NCBI RefSeq assembly: GCF_036321535.1 | Contig: NC_087451.1 | Coordinates: 55,738,001 to 55,802,000, forward strand | From: Camelus dromedarius | Taxonomy: Eukaryota | DNA length: 64,000 nt | Direction of reading: 5' to 3' | In this document: piece after piece, positions 1-12,795 of the stretch | Numbering within the stretch: position 1 is the stretch's first letter | How the letters are laid out: every line of letters starts with the position of its first letter | Notes under the pieces: model-generated | What the model was told of the DNA's origin: nothing | The model's database searches: none | The model's input: the letters and a program-made list of their open reading frames with translations, nothing else | Translations under genes and position numbers: made by a program

Positions 1-539
1 ACCCACTGGGTGAGAGGGCAGGCCTGGCATGAGAACTCATGGAGAGGAGGCAGCCGCAGAACCAGCAGGGAGATGCCACCCCTCCAGCCCGGCGGTGGCC
101 TCCCTGTGCTAGCTGGGAGGGGACAAGCTCAGAGGAAGGAACTATGCCCCTGTTTTCCCACCAAAAGAGTACCAGGTCGCAAGCAGGTGGTGAGGGAGCA
201 GAGAGGGGCAAGAGGGGAAGACGGTTTGAGATCCTAGCTTGGGAAAGAGGTATTTCTACCCTAGGCTAGGCACCTGGGTCCTGCGGCCTCTTTGGGGCCC
301 TTAGTTCAGCTCTCAAAGCCCATCTTCGAGGTCCACAAGCTGCACCGCCCCCCCCCAGACCCTGGACATATCTGAAGACTTTATTCCAATAAGAGGAAGT
401 AGGGCACAGAGATGAGAGCTGGGTCTGGGCTCTGGTGACTGATATTGTCAGCCTGTCACGCTGTCATCTGGCCCATGTTTGGGGGGGCTCCTCCTACTTC
501 TCGGCCTCCCCCAAGGGCGGGCAGCAGGCAGGCCCTCAC

Positions 540-713
540 CATGTTGTGGATGAGGTTGGTGAGGGTCCAGACGACGGGGACGCTCACAAAGGGGATGCTG
601 AGCAGCACGACGTGGAGAAGCCCAATGGCCAGCACGTAGGAGAGCCAGATGCCGCGGCTGTTCATCACCCGCGTGTTGGGGTTCACCTCGCTGTGCGCTG
701 TTCCCACATTCAT
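540..713 (-). CDS. ORMDL3: ORMDL sphingolipid biosynthesis regulator 3, first coding exon (partial gene; downstream exons lie left of the window)
   Basis: ATG at 713-711. Encodes [58 protein letters not shown] (58 aa, 174 nt). GT donor at 539-538; AG acceptor at 741-740. Confidence 0.97.
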
Positions 714-3700
714 CCTGCTGCCCCTCTCCTGCCGCTGTTCTGCAAACAAGCAGCACAGGTGAGACGGGTCACACCACTTTCCCTGCCCCCTCACATCCTC
801 CAAATCCTGCTCTCCCAGAGAACTCCAAGCTCTTCTACCATCTTGAGTCTCCAGTGAGGAGGCCAGAGAACGTCCGTGTAGACTTAAATCTGTTCATTTC
901 CCACCGCTGGACTGGGATAAACACCAACCTGCTCCACACATCATCCAATCAGGAAAGTGCCCTTCCAGGCACTGGGACTGCCTGGGCGGTTAGGTCATCA
1001 AGAGGCATCCAGCCCCAGAGCAAAGAAACCACTGCCCGTCCCTCAGTCTCACCCTCCAGAGGGCTCTCTTCCCACAAAGTCCAGTGGAGAAGAGGCCTGG
1101 TCCCTAAGCATCATTCAGTGTAACCCTGCTGGACTCTGTCTCATCGAGGGTCTGATATGGGACATCTTCTACCCCTGAGCCCCCCACCCTCCCCTTCAGA
1201 AGGAATAAAAGGAGGTAAGAGCTCGCAGTGGTGGGTGAAATATTTGGGGGTCACTACTTCTACCCATCCCTCCTAATTCTCCAGTCCTGGGTCTCCCCCA
1301 GCCCTGACCCAGGAGGACTGGCAGGGAAGAAAGAGAGAAAGGGAAGAAAAGAGAAAACAGATGAGAGACAACCTTTGCCCAGACCTGGAAGCCTCCTTCT
1401 TGGTGACACAAAACAACCCATCCAGATGTTTTATCCATTTGGCAGCCACTCAGTCTAACCCTCGTGATGCTACTCACTCTGCTGCCAAACCACCATGGCC
1501 CTTTTCCCCACTAGAGGAGTGGCAAGGATAGAGGACGTGGCCAACATCTACAGCTCCCACGGGTGCCTGGAACCCATATCAACACACCTCTCCCAAGGAC
1601 ACAAAAGCACACCTGTGGACTCACTCCTGGCCCCTTTCCTCTCTGTCTCCTCATCCTCACCTCGGCCTCCTTTCCCCTGCATCTGTTTCCAGGTGTAAGT
1701 TAGCACCATACCTTCCCTGCCCAGCTCCAAGGGTAGAAGTCCTACAGCAGGAGGAACCAGGAGAGCTGCCTTTGATGCCCAGGAAACAATATAGCCCAGT
1801 TGCATTCCTGGATGCAGGTAAGGAGGGGAGGGAGCAGTCCCTTGTCCAGAGCTTAGCTGTCCCCAGATCCCTGAGGGCCCTGTGGCCAGCAGGAGGCAGG
1901 AACAGATGGCATCTTTGTACTGGCTCACCTCCCTAGCTGAGGGAAGATTCTGTCTGATAAAGACCCTAAGGTCATCACCATGGTAACAGCTCCACCTTCC
2001 TTGAGGATGTTAGAAAGGAGTCCCAGCTGAGGGTATCCTGAAGTGCCCAGAAGGCCACCTCCTTCACGCTGCTGAAACAAACCCCCTCAGACTCAGGTGC
2101 CCTCTGTCTCTGGCTAGGATCCCAGAGCCTGTCTAGGAGCCGGAATTCTCAAGGATCAGTTCCCTACTTCCAGGATAATGGGAACAAGTTCCTTCTTTTC
2201 AGGTGGCACCAAGCTTAGAGACCTCAGGGGAAATGTGACCCAAAACACACCTTCCCAACATACAAACACACATGACATGGCCCAGGGTGCATCCCAGAAG
2301 TAGTGATGCTCCTGGGGCCCATCAGCCCAGCCCATTAAGCTGGGTAACTGGGCCCAACAGAAACCCAAGGAACTAGAAAACTGGGACTGGCTCGGTTGTT
2401 TACCTTCCAGGGCCTTAGGGCTTCAGTTACCCTAACACAGCTCCTGGGACATTCAAAAGCCTCCACTTGGCAGGAGGAGGAGGGGGAGACTGGCTAAGAA
2501 GTCTAGGAGGGCTCTGAAAGACTTAACTACTGATTAAGGAGAGAGGAAAAAGTTCCCTAAGTCTGACCAGAAACTGCTGCCCCTCCCCACTTCTCCCTAC
2601 CCTAGACCTACCAGGGTATAGGAGTAGCCAGACCTGTAGCCCTCCTAGTATTCTGTCCAGGAGTGCCAAGAGCCTTGCTGAGTCCCAGATCATCCTACAC
2701 TCCTTTCTGGCTGTAACAGGGCATCCAACGAAGTCTGATCAGTCTAGGAGGGATCCAGACCTTTGACTTAACTGACCACCCTGGGAAGCTTCTTCCTGTA
2801 GCCTTCCTGAACACTAGGTGCCCTGACAGCAGAAAATCCCAGGAGACCCCCCCCCAAAAAAAGACAGAAGAGGTCAATAAATTAAGAAAAAGACTGGTAG
2901 CAGGAAGCCCTCTTGAGACTTGTGTGTGACTAAGGGTACATATCACGTCCACTAGTATAATAACCAATTGCCCATGGCCCGGAAGGGGAGAAATGGGGAG
3001 AAGCAGCTGGCAGAGGTGGAGTAAGCGTACAGCAGCTGAGGCAGAAAAGTTCTGCCGCCATAGCTGGCAGGTGGCTGCCCATGCCAGTCCCTGATGTGGT
3101 TTCATAACCTGCCTCAAACCAGAGCCTGCAGCAACTCTGTTCTGTTAACTACTTTCTTGCTGGTAGCTCTTTCCTACTCCTTCTCTCCCTTCCCCTCTGG
3201 CTTCCTACACAAATATCCCTGCCCAGCCTGTCTGACACCTAAGCCAAGGCCACAGTGAGAGCAGCCAGATGAGCGCTTCCTAATCTCTCCCCTAAGCAAG
3301 GGCAACAAATCTTTTGCCTTCTGGGTGAGCAGCACAAAGCATCCAAGCCCACAATCTGGACCCCAACGGGGAGTCCCTGGCAGCACGCCACAATGCCATG
3401 TTTATTCTGCCCACCCCACGACCCGTAGGGCCAGTGGCTCACCTCTCAGCTCTGGCCCTGTCTTGAACTCGTGAGGACGGTGAGAATGGAAAGGTGGCAA
3501 GTACAGGAGCGAACCCACACTAGCACCGGGAGAGAGTGAAGCGAGGAGACGGAGTCCTCACTATTGTTGGGGTTTTCTGAGTGGGACTTCAAGCCGGGGG
3601 GGGGGGGGGGGGGCTCTGCTCCGTTCCCGGGCTGGGACCTCCCACTCGGAGCTTGGCCAGATCCGCAGCCCCACCCCGAGCCCCTACGCGTTCACCCAGC

Positions 3701-3749
3701 CCTGGAAGAGGCCAAACCTTTATCCCCGAAGCCCAGCTGCTCCCCGCCC

Positions 3750-4320
3750 CCACCCCCAGTCCGAGCGCTCCTCCGCGACGCCCCGGCCTCGCACACTTTC
3801 TTTTCCGTCTGGCCATCCCTTCGACTGATGTACCCCCCTCCTCGGCTGACGCACCCCCTCCACCTCCGCTCATACAGTCCCGGTCCCCTCCAAACCCGGG
3901 CGCCTCCCCAGCAGCCCCCACCTCCTTCCCGGCCCGCTTCTAGCCTCAGGAGGCTCCCGGTTCATCCACTCCGAGGCTGCCTCTCCGGACTCACGGTGCG
4001 GGGCCGGAGGTCGAGGGCCCGGGAGGGGTGCCCGGGGGCGGGGGGCCGCTGCTGCTCCAGCAGCTGTAATAACCCGCGGCAGCAGCTACCCTGCTGGCAG
4101 CTCTGGCCGAATCAGCGCCCCGCGCCGGCCCCCATTGCGTCACCGCCCAGCGCCGGCCCGCCCGACGCCTCCTGGGAGTTGTAGTTTTTCCCCCCTGCTC
4201 CAGCCCAGGCCTCGCTGGGGCCGCACGGAGGTTTCGGTAGTGCGCCATACAAAGATCTGATCGTGTTGCTTTGGTGCATAACAATTCCTGCTTTGGCGTC
4301 CGCGGGCTTCATGAGGGGTT
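3750..4320. promoter_or_regulatory. ORMDL3 CpG-island promoter
   Basis: CpG-rich. ZNF143/THAP11-type ACTACAACTCCCAG (minus, 4172-4185); CRE/CEBP-ATF-like TGACGCAAT (minus, about 4134-4142); GC boxes. Confidence 0.8.
3995..4113 (-). other. ORMDL3: ORMDL3 non-coding exon 1 (5' UTR) in a CpG island
   Basis: Minus strand GATTCGGCCAGAGCTGCCAGC...CCCCGCACC|GTGAGT resembles the human ORMDL3 5' UTR as recalled. Strong donor at 3994. The 5' boundary is approximate. Confidence 0.8.
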
Positions 4321-6099
4321 TACTCTTGCCCGGTTTGGCAGTTGAGGAAACTTGGAGTTTTAATTAACTTGCCATAGGTTGCCTCTGGGTCCCAACCTGG
4401 ACCAAAACCCAGAGATTCTGACCCCAAGTCATAATTTTTCAGCTACACCTCACTACCTCTGCCCTGGCTTTCCAGAAACTGACTATCCCAGCCCTTTGCC
4501 CTTTGGGCCCTTCTGGAAACGGGTTTTTTCTCGACGTTGGTTAGGATGAAAGTCTGGAGGGCAGTATTTGTCCACAGCCTATCTGCTCCTCAGTTTCACC
4601 AGGCTGGCCTGCCCCAGGCAACATCCTCAGCACCCCCACATTTAGACGTCAGAAGAGGATATGTGACAAGGGAAGATGCCCTGATGAATAGCTAGGACCC
4701 TGAGTGCCAGTATCAGATCAGCTGTGTGGCTTTGGGTAGGAGGCTCTCTGGTCTGAAGTTTTCTTCATTCTCTAAAGGAAATGACATAGATTTTCCTGCC
4801 AGGTAAATTTAGCAGGCACTCCTTCATCAGCAGCATAACCCTGGGCAAATTACTTGTCTTAATCTCCAATTCCACACCTACAAAAAACCTACCTCCAAGG
4901 TTGTGCGAATGCAAAAGAATGTTTGTAAAGCACTTGTTGCAGTGCAGGAGGTAATTTTTGTAGGAGGTTGAACTTAATGGCTCTTGAGGCCTCCTGGGTC
5001 ACTCCCACTCTCCATGTCACCAAGAGAGCCTTGTTTGAGTAGTGTCCACTTCCCCGACCCAGAAGCTAAGTCCCCTCTATGTATGGTAGGGCTGGAATAG
5101 TAGGATCAGGTGATGTCATGACACACCAACCTGACTGGCTGTTAACAAGCACTAAAATGAAGGTGAGGAAGCAGAAAGGAGAATGCTGGCCCAGGGAACC
5201 TGGGGAGCACTCCTCTGTGACCTCATTCCCCCCTCCTCAGGGGGCTGCCAAGAAACAGTTGTCACAAAGCTGGAGTGGGGCCCCTGGAGGCACCTAGTGG
5301 GCATCACTCTGAACCACTCAGAGCAGGAGAACTGGCAGCTTCTCAAATATTTCCAGGGCCAGTAGCCCAAAAGCACTCATCCCAAGACCTAAATAATCAC
5401 CCCAGAGTCTGAAAAAGTTTTGCCTGTGTCCTACAGAAGTCCCTGCTTGTTGGTGGAGGCCCCTTTCCTTACAGTCAGCCTCCTGAAGACATAAGCAAAA
5501 ACTGAGTGTTGTCCTTTCTGTAGGAATCTCCCCAATATTGAGGCCAAAAAGATGTCTCTATTTTTCCCAAAGTGAGCCTACTTGACAGCTTCAACTTTTC
5601 TCTAGGAGTCTTCCATCCTCCCTGAAATTGGTCAAGCTCTCTGGATCTTTATCGGTCTCCTCACTCTCTGTGAAGTTCAGTGACCCAGACTGGCTCCACA
5701 TCTCACATGGGGCCGGACTAATGCATAGCCTAACGGAAAGATTACTGGACATGCCATGCCCTATTCATGGCTCCTGTTATCAGGCTTTTTCTTTTTTTCC
5801 ACAGTGGGAATGAACAGAGTACTGACTCACTCTAGGTTTGTGGTAAATTGTGGATCACTTTCTGCTTAATTTAGCCTGCGTCACTGGCATCATCTTTCTC
5901 GTCTAGCTCTCTGCCCTTGTGATTACCATGCCTTCACCACACATTCTTCAGCCTTGAAAAGGCCTAAGTACTGTCCAGAGTGAGTGACCATACTTTTTTA
6001 TGGCGCCAGGGAACGCATAATCCCTTGGACAAACAATTGGTGAAAGTGCCAGGAGGCTCAAAAATCATTCAAGACTTGGAGCCGTGATTACATTTCTGG

Positions 6100-6800
6100 T
6101 AGCATCTTCTAAGGAAGTACATGCCATGTACTGTGTGTGAAGATGTCATTCCAGCATTATGTCTAATAGTGGAAAACTGAAAGCAACCTAAATGCCCAAG
6201 AAAAAAATTGTAGTACTCTATGGTTGTGAAAATGTATGGGAAAAATGTCTGCTAGGTTATATGAAAATATCAGGATGCAAAATAGCCTGAAAGCATTCTC
6301 CAGGAATGCAGTCGGCAAAACAAACACTTGGTACCTTTAACAAATACATTGGAAACAATAGAAATAAAAAGGAGAGGGAGAGACTTACAGATTAAAAGAA
6401 ATTAAGCAATAGATTAACCGCAAGCCTTGTTTGGGTCCTCCTTCAAGCAAACCAACTTTTCTTTTAAAACAAGACTTTATTATATTATTGAAGAATACTA
6501 ACTATTCAAATGGATGATAGTAATGAATATACATCTTGAAGCATGATATGGTTTTATGGTAATTTTTTAAATCAAAAAGCCTCCTTATCTTTTGGAGCTG
6601 AAATACGTGTGGATGAATGATACACTGAGTGGATCTGCTTCAAAATAATCTGGACTAAGGACAGGGGAGGGGAATAAAAGAAACAAGTTGGGCCATGTGG
6701 TGATAATTACTGAAACTGAGAGATGGAGACATGAGATTCCTTTTATTGTTTTCTCTGCTTTTTTATGTTTGAAATTATCCATAATAAAAAAATTTTTATA
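6100..6800 (+). mobile_element. Old L1 (L1M-type) 3' fragments
   Basis: AT-rich segment with L1M 3'-UTR-like phrases ending ...TGTTTGAAATTATCCATAATAAAAAAA. Boundaries approximate. Confidence 0.55.
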
Positions 6801-6849
6801 AACCTGCATATGCATTAATAATTATGATGAGACGAAATAGATCAACATG

Positions 6850-7080
6850 GTATGATCCTACCTAGCACCAGACTGCCAGGGTTCAACTCCCAGCTCCTAT
6901 AGTTATCAGCTGTGTGACCTTAGGCAAGTCACTGAACCTCTCTGTGCTGCAGTCACTTCATTTCTAAACAGAGATGTTGATGATCTTGGTAATACCTCAT
7001 GTTGTTGTAAAGATTAAATGGGTCATTAAGTGGGAAGCACTTAGAACAATTCCTGGCACATGGTAAATGTTCTACACGTA
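6850..7080 (+). mobile_element. MIR SINE
   Basis: MIR core GGGTTCAACTCCCAGCTC...TGTGTGACCTTAGGCAAGTCACTGAACCTCTCTGTG and MIR 3' end. Confidence 0.75.
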
Positions 7081-8050
7081 TTCCTTTTATTAATCCATTC
7101 CATGTTCCAGTGATATCTGAGCATCTACTTTATAGGCTGTGGAAATTCAATAAAATAAAAATAGATCTTGTGTTAGGATGGAGGGCTTTGGGGTGATCTC
7201 TTTCATTCTCCAGTTTCAAACTTTGTAATGTGAGATTATTCATTTCAATATGAAAAGCGTTTGTATTTTTAAAACAGCGTGAGCCACCTTCACAGACTCT
7301 CCCTGCCCTCTGGGAGTTCCTTAGTCTGCTCCAGTAGACATGTTCCCAGCCTTGGGGCGTTTCCATCTGGCAGGGTGGTGTGGCCTCTGCTTGCCACAGA
7401 TACACTCGTGTTTGCCGAGATAGCAAACGTGGGCGGGTAATAAGCTGGGAACACATTCCTGGGGTGATGGTAGTGGTGGGAAGTGAGGAGGTGGGGCATC
7501 AAGAAACAGAGCCCCTTCCCCTGACCCCTGAGGGAATGAATCTTACTACTGCCTACTCCTCTCCAATTCATTCCTCTGCTCCCCCCACCTCACCTCCCTC
7601 CTCCCTGAAAGGGAGGTGTTGAGGTCACACACGGAACAAGTGCAAGGAAGCCAAGAGCTGTTTATTTCTTCTGCTGTTGTGTTTTTGTTTGGATGGGCAT
7701 GTGGTAGCAGTGGAGGGGAGGGGGCAGTGGTGCTGGGCAGACAGAGTGCTGGGTGAGAGCGAGCAGGCTGATGAGAAATAGGAGAGGGTGTCAGGACTGG
7801 CAGCCTTGCCAGTGGCCACTCTGCTCTCCTCCCCTTGCCCAGCCCTGTAGTTAGCTATTTTGGGCTGCAGAGGGAAAGGGCTGAGCTGGCCAGGGCCTCC
7901 AGGGCCAGAGCCAAGGCCAGGGAACCAAGAACCTCCCTCTGGGAACCAAGAGCGGGCTGTTCTTTAGGAACCCTTCAATCTGTGTTTTCTTTGATCCGGA
8001 CAATTGAGATTTTTCTCCCATGGAAAAAGAAGCAATTTAGAAAACTGTAA

Positions 8051-8477
8051 GCAACAAGGACGGACCTGGAGATTGTTATGCTAAGTGAAGTAAGCCAGAG
8101 AGAGAAGGAAAAATACCATATGATATCACTTATACGTGCACTCTAAAAAAATGACACAAATGAGCTTATTTACAAAACAGAAACAGACTAACAGACATAG
8201 AAAACAAACTTACGGTCACAGAGAGGGGAGGGGTATATTGGGAGCTTGGGATTTGCAGATACACACCACTATATGTAAAATAGATAAACAACAAGGTTCT
8301 ACTGTAGAGCACAGGGGACTATATTCAATATCTCATAATAACTTATAATGAAAAGGAATATGTATATATGTATAACTGAAACACTATGCTGTATACCAGA
8401 AATTAACACATTGTAAACCAACTATACTTCAATTTTTTTTAATTATTAAAAAAAAAAAACCCTTCATAAAAGAAAAA
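8051..8477 (+). mobile_element. 5'-truncated L1 (artiodactyl-type 3' end) with TSD
   Basis: L1 3' sequence (GACCTGGAGATTGTTATGCTAAGTGAAGTAAGCCAG...) with an A-rich tail. 12-bp direct repeat AGAAAACTGTAA at 8039-8050 and 8478-8489. Confidence 0.9.
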
Positions 8478-9879
8478 AGAAAACTGTAAATATTACAGAT
8501 CAAAAGGGCAATGGCTATAAAAAGATTCTGGGCAGCCACTGCCCCAGGTCACCTTCCTCCTTTCCCTCCTAACACCAGTTCCTCCTTCGGCAACAATCAC
8601 AGCCAACTTTACTGAGCGTTTGCTCTGTTCCACGCACCAGGCAAAGAGTTTTACATGTACAAACTCTTTTAATCTTTAAAACAGCCTTGTGAAGCAGATA
8701 TTTTTATTGTCTCCTCTTAACAAATGAGAAAATCGCAGTACAGAGAGTTTAAATATTTTGCTGAAGGTCAAACAGCTAAGTGGCATTTCTCCCAAAAGCC
8801 ATTCCTGGACATACACACCGGCCTCCTCAGCCGTGTGTCCCTTGTGTTTCCATAGGTGCCTTGTAAAGATTTCTCCCCTGCACTGGGGGCGCTGTATTTA
8901 AGTTATCCGTGACACATCCGCTTCCCCTATAGGCTGCTCGCTCCATATTGTCTTACTCATATTTGCATTTCCTGCATATAGTAGGTTCTCAGTAAATGTT
9001 AGCCAAAGGATCCCAAACTACAGCCATACCAAGCCCCTAACCACTCTCAGAACACACATTTTTCAGGCTCTTGTCTCAGCCTACAATGCCTGTCCTCCTA
9101 TCCTTGTCCATCTGGTAGACTCCTCTTTGTCCCGCAAGGCCATCCCTCACCTGTCACCTTCTCCAAGAAGGCTTCCCCAGCTGTCCATGCAGAACCCACT
9201 GCTTCATTCCCTGGGCACCTCAGCCAGAGCCCACCACTAGGCTATCAGGCGGCTGGACTGGTGCACATGTCCATCCTCCCCCATCGCCTGGGGGCTGTTC
9301 TGCTTCTCTCCACATCCCCAGTGCCTAAGAGATCCAGGATGTGTGTGTTGAACAAATGAGAGAGTACATCTGAGGATGTGAGCACAAGGGGTGTCCAGCC
9401 TTGGTCATTTCCCACAAGGAACAAGATTAACAGAGACCTTTGCTGCCCCTCCAGCTCAAACTGCCCAAGAGACTGGCGTTAGATGGGTCCCCGGCTCTCC
9501 TTTCATTATCCTCCTCTACCCAGGCTGGACCTGGGGGCTTCAGACATCAGGGAGGCAGGGACCTGGAGGCCTAATGACCTTCATTCCTCCAAGGTCACAT
9601 CTTTGGGGCATGGAGTTACTGCCCTTGGAGAGAGAGTTACTCCACCTGGAGTTGTGACTCAGCCCACCCAGGGTGGGGGCCTGAGGGGCCTATTTACCAG
9701 GGCCCTGAACTTGAGAGCCAGACCCTGCCATGCCTCAGCCTCTTCCCTGCCCCACCATCATAGGCACATTGAACATAAGGCTGGAAGGGATCTCAGAAGC
9801 CGTGAGGTCCAGAGAACCAAAGGCCTAAGAAGGCTGGGGAAGGACATGCCCAATGGCACGAATATCTGATGATCTTGGG

Positions 9880-10330
9880 CCTGGCCTAGGGGTTCTCCAT
9901 GCACCTCACAGGCCACGGTAAAGGATGGAACACCCCAGTCATAGCTCCTTCTGTCCCATGCCATGGCTTCCACCAAGGCCCTCATCATCTCCCACATGGA
10001 CTGTTGCAGTAACTGGTGTCTCTTCCACCCATACATCTCATACACAGCCAGCAAAGTGATCCAAAGATCAAAGCTAATTTTAAAACCCTTCAATCCATCA
10101 GCCACTGAACCAAGTCCTAATTCTTACCTGGTGTACAAGACCGCGGGGATCTGGTCCCTCTCCACTCTAGCTGTAGCCTTTGCCACGATCCCTTCTACTC
10201 TACTGTCTAGGAGAAGCCAAGCCCTCTCATGCTCCCTTGTTCTTGCACATACTCTGCTGCTCCACCTGATGAACTCAGCCTTAAAGACCCAGCTCAAGTG
10301 TCACTCCCTGGTAGAGCCCTCCCTGATGTC
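9880..10330 (+). mobile_element. L2 LINE fragment
   Basis: L2-like phrases (ATCTCCCACATGGACTGTTGCAGTAAC; CACAGCCAGCAAAGTGATCC; CAGCTCAAGTGTCACTCCC). Boundaries approximate. Confidence 0.55.
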
Positions 10331-10999
10331 CTGGAAGTTAGGGTATCAGGGTAGGAATGCTCTCAGCTGGAAGCAACAGAAAACCCAAGCAAAGGAATTA
10401 TTCCGACCCCGGGTTGCCATCAGAATCCCCTAAGGAGCTTGTAAAAGTCCCCATCACTGCACACAGGTCAGATCAATTTAATCAGACTCTCTGAGGTGGA
10501 CCCAAGTAATTTTCAAAACTTCCTGTATTCGCATGTGCAGCCAAGTTAAGAAGAACTGAAGCAGGGGTTGTTTTCCTCACATAATGAGTCCAGAGGCCGG
10601 TGGGTGCTGGTGTCGGCTGAGTGGCTCAGTGACATCCAGGCCAGCGTCTCAGTGATTCTCTTGACCTTTCCTTTCTGCTTTGCTGCCTGATGGCCACAAG
10701 ACAGCTGTAGCTGATCCTCCGAGATCAAAGCAGGAAGAAAGCTATAGGGAGAAGGGGAGGCCCCAATCCATCCTCTCTCATGAGCAAATCAGACTGACCT
10801 AGAAACTGCTTCAGCAGACTTCTGCTTACATGTCATTGATCGTATTTTCCCCATGGCAAAGGTGGCTGGGAAAGTGGACAACGGCATTTCAGATAAATTG
10901 AGAGGATCAATCAGGCTCTGTCATGAGGGGCTGAACGCACTGCTACTCCCAAATCAGCATGTGTTATCCGGGTGGGAGGTAAGGCACAGATACTGCAGG

Positions 11000-11638
11000 G
11001 TGGCAGAATAAACCACCTCCCACAAAATATGCCAGTTGGGCATAAGGATTATTTTGAGCTAAAGGCACATTAGGGGAAAAAAAAAAACCAGCAGATGCAA
11101 AAAGAGCATTCTAATCTCTCCTTTTCTTCTAGAAAACTAGAGACAAAAAAATCCCATGTGAAAAATGCCCTCCCTGTACCGAGAAAAGAAACATTATTTG
11201 GTAGGGAATCAAAGCCAAGAAAATTCTGCACAGACCTTGTTAAAATCATTCTTGTCTTCTGTATATTTTAGTCACTTTTTCACAATTTCCTCCCTTTATT
11301 CAACCTAGTATAAAAGTATTAATGTTTTGCCATTTCCTTGGGTCTTCATTTCCTTAATTTTTCTTGTGCATTGAGAATTTATTTTTTTTTAAGGCTTGTT
11401 TTTTTTTTAATGGAGATACTGGGGATTGAATCCAGGACCTCCTGCCTGCTAAGCACGTGCTCTACCCCTGAGCTACACCCACCCCCTGGGTCTTCATTTC
11501 CTCATGAGGGCTCCCATGTCATGTAAGACATATAAATTTGTGTGCTTTTCTCTTCTTAGTCTGTCTTATGTCACTTTAATCCTCGGGCCCAGCTGAAAAG
11601 CCCTAGTTGGGTGGAGGTAGAATGTTGCCTCCCCAACA
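11000..11638 (+). mobile_element. Solo ERV1 LTR (MER34/MER39-like), interrupted by a SINE
   Basis: Starts near CAAAATATGCCAGTTGGGCATAAGGATTATTTTGAGCTAAAGG; internal TATAAAA at 11309-11315; ends ...TTGCCTCCCCAACA. Family assignment from memory. Confidence 0.7.
11355..11486 (-). mobile_element. tRNA-derived SINE (camelid vic-1-like) with 16-bp TSD
   Basis: A-box and B-box tRNA-like head with an A-rich tail on the minus strand. TSD TGGGTCTTCATTTCCT at 11339-11354 and 11487-11502. Confidence 0.9.
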
Positions 11639-11759
11639 CCACCAGCAGATTCTGCCCCAGTGAGTTACCTCTCTCTGGTTTCACAGCTCCTGTACACACA
11701 GACATCACGTGAGGGCACTGTGGAGACGTGTGTCGACACGTCCATGTCTCCCGCTAGAC

Positions 11760-11930
11760 CAGCAGTTCTCAACTCAGACTGCACATTAGAAATATCTGGG
11801 GAGCTTTTGAAAAATACCAAAGCCTAGACCCCATCCACAGAGGGTCCAGGTAAGCCCAAGCGAGATTAATTTTTAGAAGCTCCCCCAAGTGATTCCAACA
11901 TGCACACTAAGTGCATGGTTAACCCCTGCT
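11760..11930. mobile_element. MER5A-like hAT DNA transposon
   Basis: CAGCAGTTCTCAACTCAGACTGCACATTAGAA...AAGCTCCCCAAGTGATTCCAACATGCAC. Confidence 0.65.
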
Positions 11931-11970
11931 ATCGAAGACCTTTAGAACGTGGGGCTCACAGGAAATCCTC

Positions 11971-12010
11971 ACTGAATGAATGAGTGAATGAATGAATGAA
12001 TGAATGAATG
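11971..12010 (+). repeat. (TGAA)n repeat, probable L2 tail
   Basis: TGAATGAATGAGTGAATGAATGAATGAATGAATGAATG. Confidence 0.8.
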
Positions 12011-12634
12011 GCGGAGAAGAACTTCTGCTCCAACCTCGTCAACTCCCAGCCTGCACTGTGCCCCGTCCTCAGTGTGGGCCCTCCCTCCTCTCCACTCTCC
12101 CTTCTCTACTGAGCCCTGCACTTTGCCGCCCTCCATGAACCACATCCAAGAGCCGGCTGGGCTCTCCCAGGTGCGCAGACTTCCCGCTTCTCCTGCAGCT
12201 GCTGTGCTAGACACCCCGGTCCCACTCTTTCCTGTAGCTGCCCTAGCCTGAGAAGGGGATAAATCTCTCCACAGACAGCTAGTCTCAACTCTTGTGCCCA
12301 GCCCAGCGTGACAGGAGAGCACTGGGAAGGTTCCATGTACTTTCTATTCCGCACGTAGCCTCAGTCCCAAAATGGACCCCCAGGTAAGCAGTGGGGGAGT
12401 GCCTGGCCTAACTAACAAGCAATCCACAGACAAAATGTTCACTTCTCCTGCCCAAGTGCAGGAAATGTGTCTCATCTGATTCCTTGGACTAATGTGAGTC
12501 TGAGAAATGACCCTGTTGATGTCACCAGAATGTCAGCAGTGAGGGCATTCCCAGAGATGACACCACCCAGTATCCTACCATCTGATTCTAGCTTCCATCA
12601 CGCTTCTGAAATTGCTGGTTCAAAGATCAACTGC

Positions 12635-12795
12635 AGGGCCAGCTTCAGGAGCATGGCACCTGTGCAGTCCTGCATTCACAAGGGCCCTGCACTTGGTTTT
12701 ACCATCTGCTGCTGTTGCCACCTTGAAATTCTTAACGGTTTTGAACCAAGGAGCCCACATTTTCATTTTGCACTGGGCCCTGCAGTTACGTCTGA
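12635..12795 (+). mobile_element. MER45A-like hAT-Tip100 DNA transposon
   Basis: CAGGGCCAGCTTCAGG...CTTGAAATTCTTAAC...CATTTTCATTTTGCACTGGGCCCTGCA. Confidence 0.7.
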
